Assembly: GCA_054600435.1 (NCBI GenBank)
Contig: BAAIJX010000004.1
Span: forward strand, 434,001 to 498,000
Length of the DNA: 64,000 nucleotides
Direction of reading: 5' to 3'
Source: Neophaeotheca triangularis
Lineage: Eukaryota
The stretch's first letter is position 1. The number at the start of each line of letters is the position of its first letter. The notes under the pieces were generated by a model, which saw nothing but the letters and a program-made list of their open reading frames with translations, had not been told where the DNA came from and did not search any database. Positions 1 to 15,151 of this stretch are shown here, piece by piece. The position numbers were made by a program, and so were the translations under genes.

Positions 1-1658
1 CCCAGACTTTGTTGAAAGCGCTGCTGACTCTGACTTGCCCATCGGCAAGCCGCTTGCCTACGACTTCTCGCGCGCCACTGAAGCGCTCATCGAGGTGCAG
101 GTCCGATACCTGCTGGGCTAGTCTTCTCTGCACGTCTTCTATGGTCAAGCCACCTGCCATTGGGTGTCTCGGCTCGCAGATGTCGAAGAGCGAATCATCG
201 GTCGTTCTATTCCAGAGAGTGTAGTTTTGTGTCTGTTGCCATGCTTCTACAAATATGGCAGAGAACTCGGTACTCGGGTCGCCTTCGACGTTGCCGAGGA
301 GTGCCTTGGGGTCGTTGGTGGTATGCGTGCTGAGGTATTGGTGGTACTTCGTCGCCGACAGCAAAGCGATGATGTATTCTTCGAACTGTAATCTGATGAA
401 TTCCTCGCTTCCTGCGTAGCCGTGCGTGGTGGGCCGTGAAGGGTCCAATTCATCCCAAGTGTCGTTGACTTGTTGCGTGAGGAAGTCCATCCATCTTCGA
501 TCGGCTACTGTCAACGCCAGCGCGGACCGCAAGGAGGGCGACGAGATGTTGACGCTGTTGTCGTCCAGGTTGATCAACACGTCGCAGTACCTCTCCCTTT
601 GCTGCAAGAGCAGACTGTTGGTACTACCGACAACGTAGCTCTTGGTGCCCTGGTCTGTGAGTGTGTCCAGTTGTTGGAGGGGTGTGTAAGGTCCGAAGAC
701 TGCGCCTTCGCCGAATATTTGGAGCGGTAACCCAACATATGCCAGCATCGAACTCCGATCACTTGTCTTCACACTGTCGGGTTTCCGAAGCGTCTCTGCG
801 TATCGATTCATCTGCGGATCAGCGCAGTCTCGCAGCGCCCTCGCCAGGCCTGGGATCAACGCTAGGAGCGAGAACTGCACCTGGCAAACCCTCTCACAGT
901 GAGAACCAAAGAGTAGAATCTGCAGTGTATTCATTAGCCTCTCCAGTAATTTTGAGCGTAGGCTGATGCATAGCCTACCTTCGGCTGCAGTAACAAGCAC
1001 TTGAACAACACCAACGTCTGCCACTTGAACTTATGCACCAGCTCCCTCAAGCTCAGCCCAAAAGCCTGATCCCTCTCATCCTCCAAACCTCCCGAATGCT
1101 CTTTGGCCAAGCTCTCCTGAAACCTCTGTAGACCCAGCCATCGTCAGCAAAAGCGCCCTTAGGAAACCAAAGGCCGCCAGCCTAGCTACCCCCAATCAGC
1201 ACAGCAAACGTATGCGACTCACCTACCTCCAAAATCTCCCCATCCCTAAAATCCTTCTGCGCAAACCAGGCGCGTGTCACGACTCGCAACTTCTCCCGCA
1301 AGCCCCCCAACTCCCACGGCCTAGCCGTAATCACGCAGACGGCCTTCTGCACCGCACTCCTAGTGACATCGCTGCTCTTCCACTTCAGCTCATTGGCGTC
1401 AATCTGCTGGCAACAGCTGATACCGAACACGGACGTCGGCTCGGAGCTGCCAGTCGGGTCGTTGTGGACGAGCGTGAAGTAGCTGAATTCTTCCGCGTTG
1501 GCGTGGGCGCCGTCGGGCAGCGCCATGTAAGGGATGAGGTGCCAGTCGGGGTTCGATTTCACCGGGTCGCCGGCGCTGCCATGCCATTGCTCGATTTCCG
1601 GGCCACGGGCGTGATGGAAATCGACGACGCAGAGGAGTGGGGTGAATGCGGAGGCCAT
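1..1658 (-). CDS. AVL9: Late secretory pathway protein Avl9 (DENN-like); 3' end runs off the window
   Basis: ATG at 1658 gives MASAFTPLLCVVDFHHARGPEIE...PYMALPDGAHANAEEFSYFTL...SVFGISC...VTRSAVQKAV. Introns at 1126-1226 and ~920-979 join to RFQESL...GLSLRELVHKFKWQTLVLFKCLLLQPK/ILLFGSHCERVC, which are Avl9 family motifs. Confidence 0.9.
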
Positions 1659-2510
1659 GATGGAGGCGGAGCGTGAGGGTTGACCAGCGGCACCCAGCGT
1701 GAGGTGTCGTTGTCTAGTACCTAGTAGTAACAAGTGAAAGGTGAGGTACAAGGGGGAGGATGTTTAGTGCCGAGGGAGGGCATTCATGACTCGGCCAAGG
1801 TTCTCATGGCCCGCAGTCGTGTTTCAATGCGTCGCAAGTATATATGTTGTGTGGTAGTGGGGAGGTTCACGATCCGGTGGTGCGCCAGGTCTGCGAGTAC
1901 TAGTAGGTACCTACTGTACGCACGTACAACACATGCAGCTGGCTCACGCGACAAGACAAGTGCAGCTTTGAGTAGCTACGAGGTAAAGTGTGTATGTAGA
2001 AGTACCGACCAGCGCGGGGCGGTGTGGTCAGAGGGGCCATGCTTGGCATACGAGGACGACATGAGGACTTTGAACGCGCATCGCACCCTTTCCGGGCAAT
2101 GCAATCGACCTGGCAGGAGAGCTCCCATGGCACGCGCAGGTGAACCTATAATAATGTTCCATATCGGTCTAGCTAACCAGTGCACATCTGCCGCAGCAGA
2201 GTCGAAAATATGCCCGGGCTGGTTTAAAAGAGCTCACCCAGCGTAATTCCAGCACCAGTAAGTGTCCTTGTGTACCCACTCCATAACGCTCCTAGAATCG
2301 AGCCCCGTCTCTTTTCCGTGTCGTAGTCTGTTTGTCCTGTGCTGTCCGGTGTAGCGCCAAGGGAGGTCTCGCCGCGCCTTTCCTTTCCCCCCTTCACCCT
2401 GAAAAGAGACACGCCAACAAATCGAGAAAGTGAAGAGTGGCAGACTTCGAGAGGTGATCGGATCGCCTCGAGCGCTCCCCGTCGACGACAATGGTATTGT
2501 CTGGCTCCGC

Positions 2511-4249
<1,739 letters not shown>

Positions 4250-5656
4250 CTTTTGTGTAAGTGTGCCTCGCCTGGGCGAGTGTTTCTGGTGAGTGTGAGG
4301 GTATGCTAGAGTAGACTTGGAGCGCGGGGTTTGCCGGGCAGAGAGGAAGCAGTGCAACGGCAGCAGTAGTAGTCGGATGAGAAGTTGTGGTGTCGCGGGT
4401 GGTGGCGGCGGTGGTTGTGGTGGTGGGTGTCGTTGCGGTCGGGTGGGAGTCGTGGTGGTGCTTAGCAACGGGAGATGTAGAGTTGGGTGGCGGTTCGGCG
4501 GGCGGCCAAGGTTCAACAGCGGACGTCGCAAGCGCTGCTAGCAGTCTTCGGCTGTGGGGGCAAGAGACCACTTCTTTTCACCAACCTTCCAAAGGTAGTT
4601 AATAACTGAGGTGACGAGATTTGTGAAACTGGAATCTGGAATCCGTGAACAACCCAGAAATAGTGTGCGGGGCAACTGCTGAAGTTCTTCTGCTCTGGCA
4701 AGTCTGGGTGCCGTTAGTGATAGGCCGTCTTCTACTAATAATAACTCTTGGTCGTTTTCGCCTCTAGCTAGTTAGTTACTATGTATGTAGTTACGTGGCA
4801 TGGGAGTCTGACGGTAAAAAGAGGCTCGTCGACCACACAGAATAATACAGTATGTGTACCTAGTAGTAGGCGAGGTAAAGTACATAGGACTCGTACATAC
4901 TAGTTACGACTACCTATCTTGCTACTGAAGTGGACAGGACCGGACTATAATCTAGAAGTAGGCTGAACTACCTTACTACTTACTCGTTGCAGGTGGACTA
5001 GTACTGTATCCTCCAATTACTGTGATCGACCACTGCCCTACTTTGGACGCCTGTTTGACTATCTGTCACGTTGTGGCTAGCGCCTGATCTTCAGGTCCAG
5101 TAACAAACTGACACGACGAAAAGAAGCTACAATGAGGGGAACACAACTTGAGGACAACATCAGAACCGAAGTCGTTCCACCTCAAATAAGGATATGCCGA
5201 CCGCATTTACGAAGCGGTCTGGACAAAAAAATTGATACCTTTTCCTTACGCAAGACACGAATTCCATTGCATGCATCATACCAATCGTGCACAGACTGGT
5301 TGTTTTGCTAGATCTACGATTAATCTGCAAGCCACAACTGCCCACCCAACTGGAATAAAATACATCATTTATAGCAGTGTTCCGAGTGTAGGTATGAGGC
5401 GGGATTTAGGCGGGATTTCGTACAGGGTCAGAGTTTGGTTGTATGCGAATCTCCGAGCAGCGTAATAATCATTGTCATCATTGTTCCGTACGTCTGACGT
5501 TTCTATATCTAGCCCAACAGACCATCGTATCGTCGCCCAGAATTGGCTTTCATTTCCAGGCGAGTTTTGTTATCCGTTCGACCATGCCAACGCAGCAGCA
5601 TCGCAGCACGGAGTACGTGATGCCATAATAACAAGTTCCTCGGCCTTCCCACCTCA

Positions 5657-5761
5657 GGTACTTCTCAAGAATCCGTGACCGCGTCAGGATCCGGTATCTC
5701 TATTGAGTGTGTACTGATACCGGCGATATCAGTTGCGTGGTCGGATTTTTGAGGAAGTACC
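5657..5761. repeat. Imperfect inverted repeat (hairpin), ~45-nt arms, 17-nt loop
   Basis: Left arm is ggtacttctcaagaatccgtgaccgcgtcaggatccggtatc (5657-5698). The reverse complement of the right arm (5716-5761) is ggtacttcctcaaaaatccgaccacgcaactgatatcgccggtatc. Confidence 0.75.
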
Positions 5762-7047
5762 AGGGGGTCTTCTAACCGCAATATCCGCCAAAGCTACACG
5801 CACATCTAGCAACGAGTACAGAACGGTATCGTTGTTTGCATGATAGATTTCATGGCATATGAGAGGCCATGGTTTGTGCGGGCACCCCTGGCATTCACGA
5901 AGCAATAGAGATCAATTGAACGGTCGACAATAGTGGCATGAACGAAGAAAAAAATCAACGCGCTGTGTTGTAATGTTCATAGATACTGATTAGGGATGGA
6001 ATGCGACACGCCAGAACCCAGGATTGGCGAGAATGGGTCGATCCGGCCACCTCAGGCATATTCCGGCGAAGGTCAACACGGAGCAGTTGGCAAGCGTCGA
6101 TCATAACTTACAGAATGTTATACGGTAACTTGTTGATTTTCGTCGCTACCTCATGTTTGTTCTTTCACCGGATTTACCGTGGGCCGCCAGCAGCCAGCGT
6201 GAAGGTGGCAGGGCAGGAATAAGCAAGATACCTTATTGCTACGTTTGCTAGAGGAGTCGTATTCGGTGAGGTACCGTTGTAGGAATACTTGCTTAAATAA
6301 CATTCGATCTGTTTTAGTTATTCATGTGGTGACTCGAGGTTTTGAGAGGTAAAAGGAAGAGACCGCTACCTAGCCTACCTACACAGACTAATAAAGTACT
6401 GTAGGTACTAGAAGTCGAAGGCGCCCACGGGGGCTAGACGCCAACAAAAGCACGGGCTGCGTTGGCCACGAGGTCGCCTGCAACTAGCTCCCGCCCGCCA
6501 TTCTCCAATACATCACTTGCAGCGCAGCTTGACCTACCTAACCTCCGTAACTGTAGTACGACCGACTACTACGATCCCAACCAGCCCAGCTACCTACAGC
6601 TTCATATCCATACACACACACATACCCGCCATACTCGACACATATCGCATCCATCCGCCAAGCACACCGGTATACCTTCACCCTCACCCTCACCTGCCCG
6701 TGCCCACCGCGTCCGCCGCGCGGTCCTCGAACACCAGCTCGCCGCCCTTGTCAACCACCGCCCGCGACGATAGTACTCCCGCTCCGGCCACCACGCGCCG
6801 AAGCTGCAAAGTGCCGTCCACCACAGCTCTCCCGCCGCCCATCTACTGCACCGCACAGTCGACCCCATCCCCGCCACTCAGTCACCACCATCGTCTTCGT
6901 GTGAGGGACTTTGCTGTCCAGCGCAGCATTGGAACCTCACCTTGGCGCTGAACGTGGCCTCGTCCACGCTATCTAGCTCGTTTTGGCGCCCATCCCCGCC
7001 CATCTTACGGTCGCCCGAGCGATCGGCGGCCGCCCAAGACCGGCAGG

Positions 7048-8422
7048 ATGGGTGTATGCATGAGCAAAGATGACGGCGCCGGCGAGCAGAAGAAGAGGTC
7101 CCAAATGATCGACCGAGGACTCGAGGAGGACTCGAAGAAATTGCGGAGAGAATGCAAGATATTGCTACTAGGTACGCGCAAAACAAGCAAGCGGACGCGA
7201 AGAGCATGCTGGCGTTGCTTAATGGAGCTGTGTTGAATGCTAATGTCTGTTGTTGCAGGTTCCGGAGAGAGCGGCAAGAGTACCATCGTCAAGCAGATGA
7301 AGATTATACATCAGAACGGCTACAGCGTCGACGAACTGGCGCTTTACCGGCATACCATCTACAAAAACTTAATCGACTGCGCAAAGGCACTCATAGGCGC
7401 CACGCGACAATTCGACATCGAAGTGCAGGATCCAGCAAATAAGGAATACTGCAACTACATCATGGAATACTCGGTGGATCCTGACCCCCAGCAGCCACTG
7501 GATTCTAAGGCGGGAGAGGCAATCGCGTCCCTGTGGAAAGACCCCTGCATACCCAAAGTGTTCGAACACGCAAACGAGTTTTACATGATGGACTCGGCGC
7601 CCTAGTACGTTCATCTCGATAAGCAATGTATGCGGATGAAAGCTAACATCGCCGTAGTTTCTTCGACGAGGTTGATCGAATAGCTTCGAGCGATTACATA
7701 CCGAACGAATCCGACGTACTACGAGCAAGGACCAAGACAACGGGTATATACGAGACGCGATTTCAAATGGGGCAATTGAGCATACAGTAAGCTCGAGAAC
7801 TGACTATGCGCCTACAGAAAATCTACTAACGGACATTCAGCATGTTTGACGTGGGCGGCCAACGAAGCGAGCGAAAGAAGTGGATACATTGCTTCGAGAA
7901 CGTGACATCTATCATCTTTTGTGTGGCGCTTAGCGAGTACGATCAAGTACTGCTCGAGGAGAGCAGTCAGGTATGCCTGTCCATGTTCATGTCTGCCAAG
8001 AAGAACCTGAACTAATTAGTCTTGCAGAACCGTATGATGGAGTCGCTCGTGCTGTTCGATTCAGTCGTCAACTCGAGGTGGTTCATGCGAACATCGATCA
8101 TCCTCTTCCTCAACAAAGTCGATCTTTTCCGGCAAAAGCTTGGCAAGAGCCCTCTGGGCAACTACTTCCCCGACTACTCTGGCGGTAACGACGTCAACCG
8201 CGCCGCCAAGTACCTACTATGGCGCTTCAATCAGGTCAACCGAGCACACCTCAACCTGTATCCACAGTAAGAACGCCCGTAGGGACCCTCTACCTCTTGG
8301 GCCTCGCTAACAGCAGTGCCAGTCTCACCCAAGCAACGGACACATCGAACATCCGACTGGTGTTTGCCGCCGTCAAGGAGACGATCCTCCAGAACGCGCT
8401 CAAAGACTCTGGCATACTTTGA
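7048..8422 (+). CDS. GPA3: Heterotrimeric G-protein alpha subunit, group III (GanB/GpaB/MagA/Gna-3 type), 5 introns
   Basis: MGVCMS (myristoylation/palmitoylation-type start), [38 protein letters not shown], and C-terminal [12 protein letters not shown] typical of group III. Introns: 7172-7258, 7605-7657, 7787-7840, 7971-8027, 8267-8322. Confidence 0.95.
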
Positions 8423-9800
8423 TTTTCAAACGCGCAATCTCACCATAAGTTCCGAAGAAATGAAGCAACACCATCTACACTTCGCGATACGGCTGGGAAA
8501 CACCATACATATACGAACTTGTTCTCACACTCCGTCTAGGGCCTAGCGGGCGAATTTGGCGCTCATGTTGCGAACGAAGGGGGTCCGGCAATGGCGGCCG
8601 GACGACTGTGGTTCGCGCCCTCTTGACGTTGGAGGCCGCGGTCTTGCTGACATTTTGCTTCTTTGTTCGGGGAACGACTCTCTTTGAAATCATGGGAAAA
8701 AGCGGGAAAGCAAGCGGGCGTTTCACTCTGATGCTTTTATGAATCTTTGACTCCTCTTCGCAAACGCTCTCTTAGAGATGACGACTTATGCTCACACGAG
8801 CTTTTGATGGGGAGGGAGTGAGTGGGCGTTTTTTTCGCCAGGCGGCTGAGCGGTCATTTGCTTCTGTATTCGTCGCGTCTCATGGCGGCTGTGGTCGATG
8901 CTTTTGGGTGGCTGCAGTTGTCTTGCGACGTGCGTGCGTTGCTGTGAGAGTTGGGTAGCGAGGGCGATGGGCGGGTCTGGAAAAGGTCGAGCATGCCTGG
9001 CATGTATGCTAGCCTATTAATTAATGAATTCATTGAGCACTTGACGACTTGAATGAAAGCCCGTTGAAGGAATATCTTGCGCAGCCGGGTGAACAGCCGA
9101 AGCGTGTGCCAAGTCACGTCTGAAGATGCATGCATGTGCCTGCAGCAGAAACGGCAGATGTGTGACAATTGACTTCAAACATGTTCGATTCATCAGTCGT
9201 CGTGTCCATTTGTCTTGTATGTATTCACGCCCATATCTCCCCGAGAAAGGTTCTCAAGCAGGTTGCAGATAAAGCATCTAGATACGCGGGTAGGTCTAAT
9301 AAGTTAAGGATACAGTAGGTATACAGTAAGGTATACAGTGCCATTACCTCCTTCACTCTTTCCTTCCTTGTACGATTGTACGACGTGAACCGACCAGGAA
9401 TTGCTTGCTCGCTTGCTACATTGACCTCACTCCCACCAACCACTACCTACCTACAATTGACGCACACAATCGGCTACCTGGTACCTATTGTACATATACC
9501 GCTCCTATTGCTTCCCCCCTTCATCCATTCACACTCACAAGTCTCGTCTCTTTCCTCCCTCTTCTCTTCTCTGCGCAGCCATAGGCACTTGTATGCAAGA
9601 ACAAAGGAAACACATGCATGGCAGCGGGTGACGGCATGTGAACCGTCAAGATCCTGTACCACCTACCAAACCGACCACCCGGAACTTTTCCCTTTTCTGT
9701 CTACGCCTAAACGACTCACTTACTGAGCTTATCAAAACGACGGGCAAACGCTTCACGACCTTTATTCCTCCTTTCGCCTGGAGCGGACACCGCTTTCATA

Positions 9801-12532
9801 ATGGAACCCAGGCTGGAAACTCGCGGCGCAAATTTCGACTGGCCGGTCCAGGATATCGTCTACGTTTCCATCGTGGGAACGGTCATGCTGGCAGCACTTC
9901 TAGAATGGATCCTCTGGCTACTCGCCTTCCTCTACTGCCTCTTCCAAGTTTACCGCAAAGCCGAAGGAGAAATGAAATGGAGTGTTCGCTTCCTCGCCCT
10001 CCTCAACAGCGTCATCTTCATAGCCATGCGCTGCGTTTTTCTCCCCGTCATGCTTGTCACTCTGCCCCTTCCTGGCGCCATTACTACCAACTTTCCCCGA
10101 GAAATGGTCAGCTTCTTGCAGTACTTTGCTTTCTGGGCTTTCGCCGGGCTGTTGACAATTCCATGGCTCTTTTGCGTTTACCAACTTGTTACCCACAACG
10201 TGGGCCGGAAGAGAAAGGTCAAGACCGTCTTGGACGAAGTTACCGCCCCCAAGGTCGTCATCATCATGCCCTGCTACAATGAGGAACCTGAGATTTTGCT
10301 CCGCACCATCGACTCGATCGTCGATTGCGACTACCCGCCTTCCTGCATGCACGTTTTTCTAAGCTTTGATGGCGACGCAGAAAGCGAGCTCTATCTCAAC
10401 ACCCTGGAAAAGCTCGGTGTACCCCTGACTCTGGACACATACCCCAAGAGCATCGATATCACTTACCGTAGCTGCCGTGTTACGGTCTCACGGTTTCCGC
10501 ATGGCGGTAAAAGGAGCTGCCAGAAGAAAACTTACAAGCTCATTGATAAAGTCTATGCTGAATATCTTCGCCGAAACGACGACCTCTTCCTGCTCTTCAT
10601 CGACTCGGACTGTATATTGGACAAAGTCTGCATTCAGAACTTCATGTAAGCATACGGTGGCAGTCTACACAAGAGCCCCTACCAAAACTGACACCTAATG
10701 CGACTAGGTACGAAATGGAACTCAAGCCAGGCAGCGAGCGTAACATGCTCGCCATGACCGGTGTCATCACTTCAACAACCGAGAAGCACTCCCTCATCAC
10801 CGTTCTTCAAGACATGGAATACATCCACGGCCAGCTGTTTGAGCGCTCTGTAGAATCTGGCTGCGGTGCCGTCACTTGCCTACCAGGCGCCTTGACGATG
10901 CTTCGTTTCTCAGCTTTCCGCAACATGGCCAAATATTACTTCTCAGAAAAAGCCGAGGCGTGTGAGGATCTTTTCGATTACGGCAAAATGCATCTCGGGG
11001 AAGATAGATGGCTTACCCATCTGTTTATGATTGGGGCGAAGAAGCGCTATCAGATTCAGATGAACACTGGAGCCTTTTGCAAGACTGAAGCTGTACAGAC
11101 GTTCAAGAGTCTGTTGAAGCAGCGGCGGAGATGGTTTCTGGGTTTCATCACCAATGAAGCGTCCATGTTGACCGACATACGGCTGTGGAAGCGATATCCT
11201 TTACTCGTTCTCATGCGGCTGGCTCAGAACACAATCAGAACGACCGCCTTGCTTTTCTTCATCATGGTCATCTCCATAATTACCACTTCACAAAAGATTG
11301 CAAATCTTCCAGTTGGCTTCATTGCTGTCTCCTTGGGGCTGAACTGGTTATTGATGATTTATTTCGGCGCAAAGCTTGGCCGCTATAAGATCATGCTATA
11401 CCCGCTGATGTTCGTGGTCAATCCCTTCTTCAACTGGCTCTATATGGTCTATGGCATCTTCACAGCAGGCCAAAGAACATGGGGAGGCCCACGAGCAGAT
11501 GCGAGCAAAGCAGACGCCCACACTTCTCCAGCAGATGCCGTAGAAGAAGCACAGGAAAAGGGCGACGACCTCAATGTAGACCCACAGTCCTTCAAGACCG
11601 CCTTGGGGAGAAGCAACGCCCTCAGACACCGCCCGCGCCACATTCCCCTTATGCCTCCTGGACATCTCGAAGGCCGTTTTGCCCCAGCGGAAGAGCTGCC
11701 CGGGGGCTGGTTCCAGCAGACCAACGACTCCGGCGCCCTCCACGCCGACATGACACCCCGCTTCCACCACCAAAACCAAAACCCCTACACCGCCAACCCA
11801 CGCCGCGAGAGCGAAGACTCCCTCTACTCATCCCTATCCACCAACACCTCAATCCACACCCCGCGTCGCGTTGAAAGCATCTTCGATTCCCAAGATGCCC
11901 AACTCTACCACGACCGACAAACCCGCCAACGCCCAGCCGGCGGCGCCATCTACCAAGCCGCCGAGCAAATGGAGCAAACGGTACCGCGTTTCAGTAACGG
12001 CCCCTACCACCGCAAAACGATTTACGCGGAATCCGTCCACTCCGTCATCTCAGACGCCTCTTCAACAGATTTACACTTCGCCGTTCCCGCTCGCCCGCAA
12101 ACCTCGAGTAGCAAATCCCATGAACCACCTCCTTCGCGTCCTGCATGCTCGCCCACGCGGCCGTTGGGACCAACCGGAGGAGCTAGATTCAGCGACAATC
12201 TCGCTATCCCGGCCCCTACGTATCACCCCCATGGCCGCTCGTGGAGCACCGGCCGCAGTCCACTGGCAAGAAGGAGTTTCACTCGCACTGCGGCAACAGA
12301 AGGGGATAGTGGTGGTGGAACTCTTGACGGAGGCGCCGGTGGGGCTGCTGCGGAGGTTGCGCAGACTCGACGGCCTAGACGGAGGTCGAGTGATGACGGA
12401 TTGAGAGTCGGGAGGGCTAGCGGGGAGGAGGGAAGAGGTAGGCGGCCGAGGAAGTTGAGTAAAGCTCGTCCAGAGTCGAGGGATGGTGGGGTGAGGACGA
12501 GTGGGGATAGCAGTCGGAGAGGGTGGTTGTGA
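9801..12532 (+). CDS. Chitin synthase, ChsD-like divergent class (GT2; class VI/VII depending on nomenclature)
   Basis: N-terminal TM helices, IMPCYNE, FIDSD, CLPGA, LGEDRWL and QRRRW motifs, long disordered tail. One intron at 10646-10707 joins the ORFs starting at 9801 and 10715. Confidence 0.88.
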
Positions 12533-12838
12533 GTGGGAGGGATGAGTGAGGGTTTGGTGTATGAGGACTAGCTGGGGAGAAGGTTTGGGCGTCTGGGATC
12601 TGCATAGCGCTTGGGAGTGTATCTGAAACAGCATGGTGCATGGGGCTGGCTGATTACGGGTTTGAAAGGTTTCGATTTTGGAAGATGTGAGCGTCAAGTC
12701 TGGCACAGCGACTTTGGAGTTGGTGCGCAGCAATGGTCCCAAGCCTAGATGGACGGGTTTCGGGATTGCATCCATAGCGTCTTGCATACGTGACTCGGGT
12801 GGTTATCTGGAAGGTGCGTAGTGAGCTTCCCTCACGAT

Positions 12839-14815
12839 TCACCCACTTTCATATCGTTCCACGTCTTCTTCGCCCATCACGTCAGCATCGTCATCCTGGT
12901 CGTCTACATCTCCCTCCTGATCTTGTATCCCGTCTACGTCTTTGTCACCTCCACGCAACTGCCTCTCAGCCAGCTTCCGCCTCTTCCGCCGCCTTCGCCC
13001 AACCTTCTCCATCCGCGCAAAAGCGCTCAAAGGAGGAACACCAGTAACCTGCTCCCACGGAGCTTCAAATTCCACGGTCTCTCTCCACGAACCTGTAGGT
13101 TCGACGCCTTGCTCCGGGCGGTCTGCGGATATTCTAGGAGGCGACGCTTCCGGCAGGGGGCTGCCTCGGGCTCCATCATCTCGCGAAGGCATCCGCAGAA
13201 GTTCTCGCAGACGGTTGTTTTCTTCTTTGCTGGCTTGCTGGTCTAGAGCTTCGAGGTATGCGTCTTCGGCTTTGGCGTGGCCGTCGGGACTGAGCGTTCT
13301 ATTGCGCTTTCGCGACATCGTGGGGGCTTGCTTGGAGGGCTCTTCGTTCTGAGGGGCTGTCGCGCTGTTCGGTGTGGCTGCTTCGGAATTCTGGCTGGGA
13401 GTCTGAGATCCGCTTGAAGCTTCCTCGGTCCATGCGTCACTGTCATTATGATAGGCGTGCAGCTCATGATCGGAGTTTTCGTCTTCTTCCTCTAGCTCCA
13501 TCTCATTGGCTTTGTCATTTGGAAGGCCGAGCTCAGCCTCAGCTTCAGCGAGCGTGAGTTTGAAACCTTGTTTGGTACTCGTTCTGCCATCGGCGTACTT
13601 TGCGGCTTCGGTGTAGACATCGACACCACATCGTCGCGGAAGATTCGACCAATATGCCTTCCGGTCCGAGCGCATTCCTAGGATATCTGTGGCGGCTCCT
13701 ACGTCGCAGGGGCGTACCTGCGGAATGGGCGATGAGCTTTCTTTGCCACGGAGGCGTGTCATCGCCTGGAAGATGGTGGTCTGTACTAGGCGGCGTGTGA
13801 GGGAAATTGTGAGGTTGTGGAAGTCGTCGAAGGCCGTTCGATAGATGGAAGGCGCAAAATTGAGAGACTCGTTTTCTAATTGAGCGTAACCAGGATCTGG
13901 ACCCATAAAGCAAGAGCGTGACAATTCTAAGAACGTTGACGGGCGGAGCAGGCTGGATGACGGCACTGCAAGTTTTGCGCTTGATGGAGACGGCGCAGAG
14001 ACCTTTTCTGGCGGCTCTTCAAGGCCTTCGTCCTCTTGCTGTGCTCCAGCTGTAGTTTGATCTTTGTAACCATCAGAATGCTGGTCTCCATCGGCCGGTT
14101 CGTCGTCTTTGGCTGTATCGCTAGCCTCCTCGCCTGCCAAAGTAGCAATCTCTGCTTCAATCTCGTCGGCAAGAGCTTCAGTAATTAACCATGTCTTGCC
14201 GTGGCGCGCCTGTTCCGCAAAGTTTTGCTTCTCTCGAAGACGGCTGTTAAGCACAGTACGCGCTCGGTCGATGGCATCGTCCACGTCGCCTTCAACCTCA
14301 AAGGCAGCAGGGACATGAGAAAGGGAGAAATCGTTTTCAGCAGCATGGGCATCAGCCGTCTCGGCCACGCCCTTTCGCAACAGCAATATGTATGCTTGTA
14401 TCTCAGGTCTGCTTTTTGTTTGAACAGCTTTGGCAAGTTGATGCAGCTCGCCAGGGCCGACTGACGAGAGCTTGCGAAAAAATCGAGACTTTTCCTGAGA
14501 TGTCCAATAAGAGGCGCCGATCTGGCTTGAGGGTAGAACCTCTTCCTCATCACTGTGATTCTGTGCTGCATGCTCAATGGTGGTGTTAAGAAGTTTTCGA
14601 TATCGATAACCCGCTTTTGCTGGCTTTGGCTTTCTAGACCGTCGCTGCGAGGTTGTTCGCATTTCCCGCCGAGGAGCCTCTACTTGGTTATCGTCCTCTT
14701 TTGAAGGTGAAGCGTCTGAATGATCTGACGTAAAGTTTTCATCTTGCTCTTGTGATGAGACAACTGATGCTTCCTTGTTCTCTGGCACAGCACCGGGGGA
14801 CGCTGTGCGGTTCAT
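12839..14815 (-). CDS. RRN5: Rrn5-like RNA polymerase I upstream activation factor subunit (SANT/Myb domain)
   Basis: 658-aa intronless ORF. SQIGASYWTSQEKSRFFRKL...KSRPEIQAYILLL is a SANT-like motif; PSIYRTAFDDFHNLTISLTRRLVQTTIFQAMTRLR resembles fungal Rrn5. Confidence 0.68.
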   Translation of the reverse strand: MNRTASPGAVPENKEASVVSSQEQDENFTSDHSDASPSKEDDNQVEAPRREMRTTSQRRSRKPKPAKAGYRYRKLLNTTIEHAAQNHSDEEEVLPSSQIGASYWTSQEKSRFFRKLSSVGPGELHQLAKAVQTKSRPEIQAYILLLRKGVAETADAHAAENDFSLSHVPAAFEVEGDVDDAIDRARTVLNSRLREKQNFAEQARHGKTWLITEALADEIEAEIATLAGEEASDTAKDDEPADGDQHSDGYKDQTTAGAQQEDEGLEEPPEKVSAPSPSSAKLAVPSSSLLRPSTFLELSRSCFMGPDPGYAQLENESLNFAPSIYRTAFDDFHNLTISLTRRLVQTTIFQAMTRLRGKESSSPIPQVRPCDVGAATDILGMRSDRKAYWSNLPRRCGVDVYTEAAKYADGRTSTKQGFKLTLAEAEAELGLPNDKANEMELEEEDENSDHELHAYHNDSDAWTEEASSGSQTPSQNSEAATPNSATAPQNEEPSKQAPTMSRKRNRTLSPDGHAKAEDAYLEALDQQASKEENNRLRELLRMPSRDDGARGSPLPEASPPRISADRPEQGVEPTGSWRETVEFEAPWEQVTGVPPLSAFARMEKVGRRRRKRRKLAERQLRGGDKDVDGIQDQEGDVDDQDDDADVMGEEDVERYESG

Positions 14816-15151
14816 GGCGGTGATTTCGGTTGCTTTATGTTGTCCGATAGTGACAAACTTAGTTCCATGCTTGCTGCAGCGATTTTGGAATCTTCTTGTC
14901 GAATGGACGACTCGCGTAGAGTGGTGGAGTGAGCGATTCTACTTTCCCAGGAGGGCCATTGCTGACTTTAAAAGGTGAGGTCGCAAGCCCTGTCGTTCTG
15001 CTCCAAGCTCATTGGTCTCCGCGATCCGCCGCTACCTCCGGGCTCTCCTCTCCTACTTGTATTACCACTTGCTGACTGTCGATACATAAGGTACCTAGGT
15101 AACTTTCGAAACAGCATCATGCCCATCACATAATCTTGCCTCACTTTCCAC

